Source: an uncultured bacterium
GTDB taxonomy: Bacteria; Verrucomicrobiota; Verrucomicrobiia; Verrucomicrobiales; DEV007
Direction: 5' to 3'
Assembly (NCBI GenBank): GCA_963977015.1
Contig: CAXBMO010000007.1
Coordinates: 64,001-128,000, forward strand
DNA: 64,000 nt
Positions 1-7,835 of the stretch are shown here, piece after piece. A program made the position numbers and the translations under genes. Under the pieces are notes generated by a model, which worked only from the letters and a program-made list of their open reading frames with translations, did no database searches and was not told the origin of the DNA. Each line of letters begins with the position of its first letter. Position 1 is the stretch's first letter.

Positions 1-251
1 ATGGGCTCTCCCCGACCAAGCTGTAGATCTCTTCCACTGAGGAACATGGCGTGTGCGCCAAGTTCATGAATGCCAACTTCGAAGCTGACACGCGTCCGGG
101 TCGAGGATTTGGTGAAAATCATGGCCCAGGTTTGGCCCATGAGAGGACGAAAACTGAGGTCTCCGCGATTGGCTTTGAGTTCGACTCCATGCTCAATCAG
201 AGCTTCGAGTTCAGAGGTGCAAAGGGATTCGAGGCTGAGAAAATGCTTCAT
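1..251 (-). CDS. argF: Ornithine carbamoyltransferase, 5' part only (runs off the window edge)
   Basis: Not in the ORF track. Manual translation from ATG 251 gives [10 protein letters not shown]...[17 protein letters not shown]...LQLGRGEP, with the STRTR carbamoyl-phosphate motif. ATGA overlap with the argD stop. Confidence 0.95.
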   Translation of the reverse strand, partial: MKHFLSLESLCTSELEALIEHGVELKANRGDLSFRPLMGQTWAMIFTKSSTRTRVSFEVGIHELGAHAMFLSGRDLQLGRGEP

Positions 252-1561
252 GCGATCAGTTTTTCGAAGGTCGATTTGAGGATTTTTAGGGCTTCATCAG
301 CCTCAGGTTTGCCGATATTCAGCGCAGGAAGGAGCCGAACGACTTCCGGGCCAGCAGGAATGGTGAGAAGACCGGCGTTCATCAGTTGGGTTACGGCAAA
401 GACGGCAGGAGTCGCCTTGGATTCCGCGAATTCTGGGTGATGGCTCATTTGGGTTTCATCGAGAACAATCCCCAGCATGAGGCCAAGGCCACGAACGTCT
501 TTGACCAGTGGATTCTCCCAGCTTTGGATCGCCTTTTTGAGGTAGTCGCCCTGCGACGTGGCGTTTTCCCAAAGTCGATGCTGTTGGATTTCCTCCAAAA
601 CAGCCAAGCTGGTGGTCGCGACCAGGGGACCGCCGCCAAACGTGGAACCGTGCGAGCCCGGTCCAAGTAGATCGCACAGATGAAGTTCAGGAAGCTCTTG
701 AGAAACCGGCCGTTGCCGGGTCCAGGTTGCGCCAATTGGGACCCCGCCTCCGACTCCCTTTGCCCAACTGATGGCATCGGGAGCAAAATCCTCCGAGTCG
801 AGAATCGCTTTCCAACCGCAAAGGTGACCGACACGACCAATGCCACATTGCACCTCGTCCAAGAGAAGAAGCACCTGATGCTCGCGGCAAATTTTGGCAA
901 TGGCCGTGAGAAACTTCACGGTTGCGACATTGATGCCCCCCTCCCCTTGAACCGGCTCGAGCAGGATGGCGACCGTTTCCGGGGTGATGGCCTTCTTGAG
1001 CGCGGCAACGTCATTGAAGGGAACGTGGCGAAAGCCTTCCAAAAGCGGAGCAAACCCATCTTTTGCTTTCGGTTGCGCCGTTGCCGAAATACCGCCCATC
1101 GTCCGGCCGTGAAACGATCCGTTAAAGGTGATGACCTCAGTCCGCGGCTCTCCTCCAGCTTTGGGAACGGCAATCCCAAACTTTCGGGCAAGCTTGATCA
1201 GCGTTTCATTGGCCTCTGCACCGCTGTTGCAAAAGAACACTTTTCCAGGCTCGTTAACCACATTTTCAACCAGATGCCGAGCGAGAATCGCCTGTTCACG
1301 CACATGGTACAGGTTCGAGCAATGAACGAGCCTTTCGATCTGACCATGCACGGCGGAGGTGATCGCACCGTGTCGATGACCCAGCGAGCAAACGGCGATT
1401 CCCGTTCCAAAATCCAGGTATTTGCGATCGTTTTCATCCCAAAGGTAGGATCCTTGGCCATGGCTCATAGCGACCGGGAATCTGCCATAATTTGGAGCCA
1501 CATATCGCTCCATGAGAATCTGTGTGGAGAGCTGATCAGAATGTCGCATTTCGGGACTCAA
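248..1561 (-). CDS. argD: Acetylornithine aminotransferase (class III PLP)
   Basis: [40 protein letters not shown] motifs; lies between argB and argF. Confidence 0.93.
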   Translation of the reverse strand: MSPEMRHSDQLSTQILMERYVAPNYGRFPVAMSHGQGSYLWDENDRKYLDFGTGIAVCSLGHRHGAITSAVHGQIERLVHCSNLYHVREQAILARHLVENVVNEPGKVFFCNSGAEANETLIKLARKFGIAVPKAGGEPRTEVITFNGSFHGRTMGGISATAQPKAKDGFAPLLEGFRHVPFNDVAALKKAITPETVAILLEPVQGEGGINVATVKFLTAIAKICREHQVLLLLDEVQCGIGRVGHLCGWKAILDSEDFAPDAISWAKGVGGGVPIGATWTRQRPVSQELPELHLCDLLGPGSHGSTFGGGPLVATTSLAVLEEIQQHRLWENATSQGDYLKKAIQSWENPLVKDVRGLGLMLGIVLDETQMSHHPEFAESKATPAVFAVTQLMNAGLLTIPAGPEVVRLLPALNIGKPEADEALKILKSTFEKLIA

Positions 1562-1585
1562 AAAGAATAGACGGATAGAAAATGA

Positions 1586-2485
1586 TTAGGTTGCCAGGAC
1601 AATCTCGGTGCCAATCCCGATATCGGTAAAGACTTCGAGAAGCAGGGAATGCGGAATGCGGCCATCGATCATGTGGACCTTGCCGACACCAGCGTGCAGC
1701 GCATCAAGCGAGGAACGGACCTTTGGAATCATTCCACCTTGGATGATTCCTTCTTCGATAAGATTCTCAGCACCTTCTTCATCAATGGAACTGATGAGAG
1801 TGTTGGGATCTTTGAAGTCGCGCATCACCCCCAGGACGTCGCTCAAATAGACGAGCTTGGTCGCTTTCATGTGTTTGGCCAACGCACTCGCCGCAAGGTC
1901 GGCATTGATATTGAGCGGCAAGTCTCCGCCGTCTTGATTTCGAGCGAGTGGAGAGAGAACCGGCGTCTTCTCGTCAGCCATGGCTTCGTGCAATCGCTCC
2001 AGATTGCAGTTCGTCACCTTCCCGACGTATCCTAGATCAACCGGCTCGCCGTCAACCATGCCATTGGTCTTTTCCCCAACAAAAACCTCTTGTCCTTTCA
2101 ACCCAAGCGGGTGTCCGCCATACTTCGACATTTGAGACACGAGCAGCGAATTGATGGTCTCATTGAGAGTTCGATCGACAATTTTGATCGACTCCTCATC
2201 GGTAACCCGCATGCCACCGATAAAATGGGGCTCAAGCCCTGCCTCGGCCATCCCTGCGGAGATAAACTTTCCTCCCCCATGAACGACAACGGGGTTGATG
2301 CCAATCACTTCCATCAACACAATGTCGCGCATCACCGCCCCAACCAAGTCCTCGTTTTCCATGGCGCTACCGCCAAGTTTGATCACGAAGGTATGTCCCC
2401 GGAAGCGCTGCAGATAAGGCAACGCTTCGCTGAGGATTCCGGCTTTCTTGATTTGGGCTTCAAACGACTGAATCGTGGACTCCAT
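1586..2485 (-). CDS. argB: Acetylglutamate kinase
   Basis: EALPYL, VIKLGGSAM, VVVHGGG, GMRVTD, NINAD, GGMIPK. Start moved to MESTIQ (2485). Confidence 0.95.
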   Translation of the reverse strand: MESTIQSFEAQIKKAGILSEALPYLQRFRGHTFVIKLGGSAMENEDLVGAVMRDIVLMEVIGINPVVVHGGGKFISAGMAEAGLEPHFIGGMRVTDEESIKIVDRTLNETINSLLVSQMSKYGGHPLGLKGQEVFVGEKTNGMVDGEPVDLGYVGKVTNCNLERLHEAMADEKTPVLSPLARNQDGGDLPLNINADLAASALAKHMKATKLVYLSDVLGVMRDFKDPNTLISSIDEEGAENLIEEGIIQGGMIPKVRSSLDALHAGVGKVHMIDGRIPHSLLLEVFTDIGIGTEIVLAT

Positions 2486-2690
2486 CCTGGCACCTTGGCA
2501 AAATTGGAAAGCGGGGAATGTCACTAACACGAACCAGTTCGGCAAGCGAAGATTTTGGGTTTCGGTGAGAGGGCGGATTCCGAGGTGGCAATCTCAACTG
2601 TGTTGTGGATTCTTCCTAAATGGCTCAGCAAATCTCGTCTTTTTGACGCCATCGACTTGCGTGAACGCATTGGTGTTGCCAAGATCAACC

Positions 2691-3545
2691 ATGACCCAGA
2701 AACCTCTGATTCGCCTGCTCGTGGTTGCCATGATCGCGGGATTGACTTCCGGATTTGCCCAAGACGCCAAAACGCCGGAAACAGCCAAACCGAAGCCGAC
2801 ACCTCCGACCGGCTATACTGATACACCGGTGATACCGGGTCAAAAGTGGAGGGTTCATGACGACAATCGTCCCCGCCCGGAAGTGGTGACTCCAGCCGAA
2901 ACCTTCAGCCACTACGCCGCAGCACCAAGTGACGCCACCGTCCTCTTCAATGGGACCGACCTGTCGAAATGGAAGAATCAGAAGACTGGTGAGCCCGCGG
3001 CTTGGAAAGTCGAATTGGGCTACATGGAGGTAGCTCCCAAAACCGGCACGATCATGACCAAGCAGGAATTTGGCGACTTTCAGCTCCATTTGGAGTTTGC
3101 AACGCCTTCTAAAGTAAAGAGTGCGAGTCAAGGCCGCGGAAACAGCGGCGTGATCATTTACGGCAAGTACGAAATTCAGGTGCTCGACTCCTTCAACAAC
3201 AAAACCTACGCCGATGGACAAGCCGGGGCGATGTATGGCCAGTTTCCACCCTTGGTAAACGCTTCCAAAGCTCCTGGAAAATGGCAGTCCTACGATATCA
3301 TCTTCGAAACTCCACGTTGGGAAGGCGAGAAACTCGTCAAGAAAGGCGCCGTCACCGTGATTCACAACGGCGTAGTGCTTCATCACCGCAAGGAGTTCAT
3401 TGGGGCCGTTGCCCACAAGAACGTTGGAAAATACAGCCCTCATCCCCCAAAAGGGCCCATCGTTCTTCAGGACCACGGCAACCCAATGCGTTTCCGCAAT
3501 ATCTGGATTCGGGAATTGGGCGGTTACGACGATCCTGAATCCTAG
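2691..3545 (+). CDS. Secreted DUF1080 (3-keto-disaccharide hydrolase-like) protein
   Basis: Signal peptide; LFNGTDLS, GNSGV, YEIQVLDS, WQSYDI, LQDHG..FRNIWI motifs. Confidence 0.88.
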   Translation: MTQKPLIRLLVVAMIAGLTSGFAQDAKTPETAKPKPTPPTGYTDTPVIPGQKWRVHDDNRPRPEVVTPAETFSHYAAAPSDATVLFNGTDLSKWKNQKTGEPAAWKVELGYMEVAPKTGTIMTKQEFGDFQLHLEFATPSKVKSASQGRGNSGVIIYGKYEIQVLDSFNNKTYADGQAGAMYGQFPPLVNASKAPGKWQSYDIIFETPRWEGEKLVKKGAVTVIHNGVVLHHRKEFIGAVAHKNVGKYSPHPPKGPIVLQDHGNPMRFRNIWIRELGGYDDPES

Positions 3546-3554
3546 GCGTCGCGC

Positions 3555-4409
3555 TTAGAACTTCAGCTTCAGCGAAACCGCGCGGTGGTCGCTGACCCGC
3601 TCGGTGCCGAAATGAACTTTCGGCTCCAGGATCTCGATTTGCTTGCTCGGAACGTAGAAAAAATGATCGAGACAAGCATCGGGATAGGTCCCGTTGCCTG
3701 GCCAGGTCACGCGATCTTTGGGAGCGAGATCCCGCAGCGCCCAACGAAAACCGGCATCGTTGAGAAGCGCTGTCGATTTCTCGGCGGCAAATCTCGGGTC
3801 ACTGGGATCTGAATTGTAGTCACCTCCCAGGATAATCGTGAGATCACCAGATCCCGCCTTCCGGGCCCGTTCTTTCATTTTCTCGCAGTGGGCGAGGAAT
3901 CGACGAATCGCGATTTCCCGTTTCGGAATGTTCTCGGCAATCCCTCCGTTGTTGCTCTTGAGGTGAACGTTGTAAACGAGCAACTGCCCGTCACCCAGCT
4001 GGTACCGAGCGAAAACAAACCCTCGAGGAGGATCACCGCGGAATCGCGGAAAAGAAACGGTGCCGGATTCAATCGGATCCGTTTTGCTGGCAATCACCAG
4101 TTGCTGACCATTGCCAAATTGGCCGGGAAAATCACTGACCACCTGAACCTTCATCCCAGGAAGGATCCGAACGGCCAATTCCGCACTTTCGGCATCTCGA
4201 ACCTCCTGAAGCAGCAGAATGTCGGGAGCGAGTTGTTCCAGTTCTTCGTGAACCTGGGATATCTGGATCGCTTCATGGGCGAAGTCGGGTGCCGGATTGC
4301 GCCCGGGAAACCACTCCAGATTCCAAGTTGTCAGGGTCTGGGTTTCGCCAAAAACGGCGGAAAGGGATGCGACGTTAACCGCCGCAAGATATACAAGGAA
4401 GGCCTTCAT
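3555..4409 (-). CDS. Secreted endonuclease/exonuclease/phosphatase (EEP) family protein
   Basis: Signal peptide; TWNLEW, LLQEV, HLKS, GDYN, LDH, SDH catalytic motifs. Confidence 0.88.
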   Translation of the reverse strand: MKAFLVYLAAVNVASLSAVFGETQTLTTWNLEWFPGRNPAPDFAHEAIQISQVHEELEQLAPDILLLQEVRDAESAELAVRILPGMKVQVVSDFPGQFGNGQQLVIASKTDPIESGTVSFPRFRGDPPRGFVFARYQLGDGQLLVYNVHLKSNNGGIAENIPKREIAIRRFLAHCEKMKERARKAGSGDLTIILGGDYNSDPSDPRFAAEKSTALLNDAGFRWALRDLAPKDRVTWPGNGTYPDACLDHFFYVPSKQIEILEPKVHFGTERVSDHRAVSLKLKF

Positions 4410-4779
4410 TTTGAGTGCAGAAACGTCCCTGAGTTTTCTCAAACCAACGGCAGCCGCAGTTGTGGCGAGTCTCGGAAGACGTTGTTAGCCAATAAATAGG
4501 AAGGCCGTCACCTTCCGAGTTTGGCTTTCCGTTCAACTGCTTGCGAGCCCGCATCAGCTCTGAGGCAACGCTCTCGTAGCGCTCCAATTGATTCTGTAAC
4601 GCGTTGCGAAGTCGTTCGTTGTCTTCCCGGTAGACACCAATCCGATGCTCCAGATCAAAGATTTCGACTTGATGCACTGAGACGTTCGCGAGCGGTTTCG
4701 CTACGACTTTTGGGGCCAATGCAGGACCAACCAGGGTGATCGTCAAGATCGTAAGTACAAGGGGTATAAGGAATTTCAC
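4375..4779 (-). CDS. Exported/membrane-anchored coiled-coil protein with C-terminal His/Cys putative zinc-binding motif
   Basis: Hydrophobic N-terminus, heptad region, tail YWLTTSSETRHNCGCRWF...FC...PCISCGG. Confidence 0.7.
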   Translation of the reverse strand: MKFLIPLVLTILTITLVGPALAPKVVAKPLANVSVHQVEIFDLEHRIGVYREDNERLRNALQNQLERYESVASELMRARKQLNGKPNSEGDGLPIYWLTTSSETRHNCGCRWFEKTQGRFCTQNEGLPCISCGG

Positions 4780-4800
4780 TGGTGTTAAATCCTAACACCA
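4780..4800. promoter_or_regulatory. Perfect 8-bp inverted repeat (candidate operator) directly upstream of the GTG at 4779
   Basis: TGGTGTTA-AATCC-TAACACCA; overlaps a minus-strand TAGGAT -10-like hexamer. Confidence 0.45.
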
Positions 4801-4853
4801 CAACCTTATTAGCCACGATATAAAGTCAAGATGAATTTATAATTCAATAATCT

Positions 4854-6362
4854 CTAGAAAATCATGCTCAAAATCCAGGCCAGCATGAATCCGACCCCGC
4901 CAATCACCGACGTGATTACGGTGAAGGTGGAAAGGCACTGCTTTTCCGTCATTCCGAGATAGTTCTTCACGACCCAAAAACCGGAATCGTTGACGTGAGA
5001 GGCCATCGTTGCGCCACAGGCAATCGCGATTCCCATGAGGGCGACATCGTGATTACTCATCTGTCCCGCGGTGTAGGCAGCTTTGACCGCTTCGGCCATC
5101 AAAGCCGAACCACCGATCATCGCGACGGTGGCCGAGCCCTGCGTAACACGGATGATCACCGTGAGCATGAAGGCCAGGAGAATCAGTGGTGCAGCCAACC
5201 CTTGGAACGTTTCCGCAAGGGCATTCCCGACTCCGCTATCAACCAAAATCGCCTTAAACACCCCACCGGCTCCTGTGACCAGAATAATGATTCCAGCCGG
5301 TCCCAAGGCCTTCGTAGCCAAATCCATCAACGTATCTTTCCCGGTCCCACGCAGGGTCCCGAGAAGCCACAGGGTCACCAGTGTCGTGATGAGGAGCGCC
5401 GTAATGGGATGGCCCAGGAAGACGACCAATTGAACCCACCCAATCGCCTTCCCTTCGGCATTGATCTTGTCGAAGTTCTGGTTGGCTTCGGCAAGGGCCG
5501 TTCCCCCGGCTGCAGTTGCCGTTTCGAAGGCCGCCAGCTCGCTCTTCAAATCAATTGAAACGAGAGACTGGGCCAAAATCAGAACAATCGGCAGGAGAAT
5601 CAGCGCAATCACTTCCCAGGCCGCGACAGGCTTGCCTCCGTTGTTGGCACTCGGCGCCGCTTCGGCAAACATCTTCGGGATCGGAACGTGCAACTTGTCA
5701 CCCATGCGCGCCCCCAGCAATCCGGCAATAATGGCGGTGGGGAGACCGACCACAAAGCCCCAAAGAATCACCAAACCAAGGTCCGCGCCAAGGTTCAACG
5801 CGACCAGAATCGGCCCTGGCGTCGGTGGAATGCAGGCATGGGTAACCGCCATCGCGGCACAAAGCGGCAGTCCGTAACGAAGAATCGACTTTCCGGAGGC
5901 CTTCGACATCGCGACGAGAATGGGGGCAAGAATCACCAGTGCGACGTCAAAAAAGACCGGAATCGAGATCAGGAATCCAACCAGAATCATCGCAAATGGA
6001 GCCCGCTTTTCCCCAAACCTCTTGTGGAGCGAATTGGCGAGACTCTGGGCGCCCCCCGAATACTCCAACACCTGGCCAAAAATCGCACCAAGCCCGACAA
6101 TGGTTGCCAGCATGCCCAAAGCGCCCGCCATCCCCTTCACGATCGTATCCGGGATGACGGTCAATTCCATCCCGCTGAGAATGGCGACGACCACACTGGT
6201 TAGAATGAGGGCGACAAACGCCTGCAATCGCATCACGAGGATGAGAACGAGCAAGAGAATGATCGCCATAACCAGCACTCCGAGGAGCCAGGCGATTTTC
6301 GGTGAGCCCGAGGCATCGAGCAATACATTTGGAAGGGCGGCTAGGATCGCAGCTTGATTCAT
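4854..6362 (-). CDS. GntP-family sugar-acid:H+ symporter
   Basis: Multi-TM; IPVFFD, PPTPGP, TGAGG, QGSATVA, SHVNDSGFW. Confidence 0.92.
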   Translation of the reverse strand: MNQAAILAALPNVLLDASGSPKIAWLLGVLVMAIILLLVLILVMRLQAFVALILTSVVVAILSGMELTVIPDTIVKGMAGALGMLATIVGLGAIFGQVLEYSGGAQSLANSLHKRFGEKRAPFAMILVGFLISIPVFFDVALVILAPILVAMSKASGKSILRYGLPLCAAMAVTHACIPPTPGPILVALNLGADLGLVILWGFVVGLPTAIIAGLLGARMGDKLHVPIPKMFAEAAPSANNGGKPVAAWEVIALILLPIVLILAQSLVSIDLKSELAAFETATAAGGTALAEANQNFDKINAEGKAIGWVQLVVFLGHPITALLITTLVTLWLLGTLRGTGKDTLMDLATKALGPAGIIILVTGAGGVFKAILVDSGVGNALAETFQGLAAPLILLAFMLTVIIRVTQGSATVAMIGGSALMAEAVKAAYTAGQMSNHDVALMGIAIACGATMASHVNDSGFWVVKNYLGMTEKQCLSTFTVITSVIGGVGFMLAWILSMIF

Positions 6363-6387
6363 GGCGTGGAGTTTTTAGGGTTGGCAG

Positions 6388-7227
6388 ATGACAACCATCT
6401 ACCGGGGAAAGCGGGATTACATCATTGAGTCCGAAGGCGCGCAATACCAAACCGAGGACTTTTCGTTTGATGCGCTGTTTCAAGCCGCGAATCCGGCTGA
6501 CTGGCTTGCTGAGAAGCTCTCAAACCTTCAGCCGAATCAAGAAAACGCAGAACTCGCACCCCAAGCCTGGCTCCCTCCGCTTGAGTCCCAGGAAATCTGG
6601 GCGGCCGGGGTCACCTATTTTCGGAGCCGGACGGCCCGAATGGAAGAAGCGGAAACCGCAGGTGGTGACATCTTTTATGACAAGGTTTACGACGCGGAAC
6701 GCCCGGAACTCTTCTTCAAGGCAACCCCAAAACGAGCCCGGGGACACCTGGCTCCCATCCGAATTCGAACGGACTCAACCTGGGATGTTCCCGAACCCGA
6801 ACTGACCCTTGCGATCAATTCGAGCGGCCAAATCTTTGGATTCACGATCGGAAACGACGTCAGTTCGCGCTCGATTGAAGGCGAAAACCCGCTTTATCTT
6901 CCTCAGGCCAAAGTTTACCGCGGTTCCTGTTCGGTTGGCCCGGGACTGGTCGTCGGAAAAGAAGCAGTTTCGCCAGAAACGGTCATTCATCTCGAGATTC
7001 GGCGAAATGGAGAGGTCGGTTTCCAGGGAGAAACCCAAGTCAATCAAATCAAACGGGGACTCGATGAACTCGCCGGATTTCTCTTTCTCGAAAACGAATT
7101 TCCGGATGGCGCGTTGTTAATGACCGGAACAGGAATCGTTCCCGACAACGACTTCACCCTGCAATCGGGAGATGTCGTCCGAATCTCGATCGAAGGACTT
7201 GGCGTGCTCGAAAACCAGGTCGAATGA
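6388..7227 (+). CDS. Fumarylacetoacetate hydrolase family protein (2-keto-3-deoxy-pentonate dehydratase-like)
   Basis: [50 protein letters not shown]. Confidence 0.88.
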   Translation: MTTIYRGKRDYIIESEGAQYQTEDFSFDALFQAANPADWLAEKLSNLQPNQENAELAPQAWLPPLESQEIWAAGVTYFRSRTARMEEAETAGGDIFYDKVYDAERPELFFKATPKRARGHLAPIRIRTDSTWDVPEPELTLAINSSGQIFGFTIGNDVSSRSIEGENPLYLPQAKVYRGSCSVGPGLVVGKEAVSPETVIHLEIRRNGEVGFQGETQVNQIKRGLDELAGFLFLENEFPDGALLMTGTGIVPDNDFTLQSGDVVRISIEGLGVLENQVE

Positions 7228-7248
7228 GCGGATATTCTGATTGGGAGA

Positions 7249-7557
7249 TTAAATCCCAAGCCCCGGAGGCAGTCCGCCCGTCACCTTGCCCATTTCGTCC
7301 GCCGCCATCTCTTTGCCCTGATCAATTGCCTGTTTCACACCACTCAAAATCAGATCTTCGAGCATTTCCACATCCTCGGGATCGACAACGGCAGGATCAA
7401 TCTTGATTGACAGGACTTCGCCTGCGCCATTGGCCTTTACGGTAATTTTTCCCCCGCCAACACTGGCTTCCACCTCACGGTCGGCCAGCTCCGCCTGAGT
7501 TTTTTGCAGATCCTTTTGCATCTTCTGCATCTGTTTCATCATCTTGTTGATGTTCAT
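7249..7557 (-). CDS. ybaB: YbaB/EbfC nucleoid-associated protein
   Basis: MMKQMQKMQ, GGGKITV, DPEDVEMLEDLI; conserved position after dnaX. Confidence 0.95.
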   Translation of the reverse strand: MNINKMMKQMQKMQKDLQKTQAELADREVEASVGGGKITVKANGAGEVLSIKIDPAVVDPEDVEMLEDLILSGVKQAIDQGKEMAADEMGKVTGGLPPGLGI

Positions 7558-7598
7558 GGCGGTATCTCTTTGGAAGTAATCTGAAAAGGTGAAATTAG

Positions 7599-7817
7599 TT
7601 AGGCAACTTGAGCCTCGAAAATGCGCAGCGCCTCAGAAATCAGCGGGTCCTGAAAAAATGGGTTGGCAGACTCCATTGGAAGTTCGAGCTGGATGTCTTC
7701 CTCCTGATTCAGTTGCAGGGCAAGCGATTGTGGCTTTCCCAAAGGATCCGAATCAAAGGTAATCACATGCTGATCGGTAGCTTCGTTGAGTTGCTGGTGA
7801 GCGAGAAAAAGTTTCAT
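7599..7817 (-). CDS. 72-aa small protein with a DnaX(tau) C-terminal-like helix and a clamp-binding-like motif
   Basis: Fills the dnaX-ybaB gap on the operon strand. DPLISEALRIFEAQV vs DnaX DPLIQEALRIFEAEV with synonymous codon divergence; QLELPM motif. Confidence 0.8.
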   Translation of the reverse strand: MKLFLAHQQLNEATDQHVITFDSDPLGKPQSLALQLNQEEDIQLELPMESANPFFQDPLISEALRIFEAQVA

Positions 7818-7835
7818 GACCGGGTCGTTGCTAGG

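Noticed and set aside
680-1570. Long antisense ORFs (also 9033-9878, 27132-28109, 29899-31128, 31252-32232, 43003-44037, 55092-56093)
   Set aside because: Shadows of well-supported genes on the opposite strand; no motifs of their own
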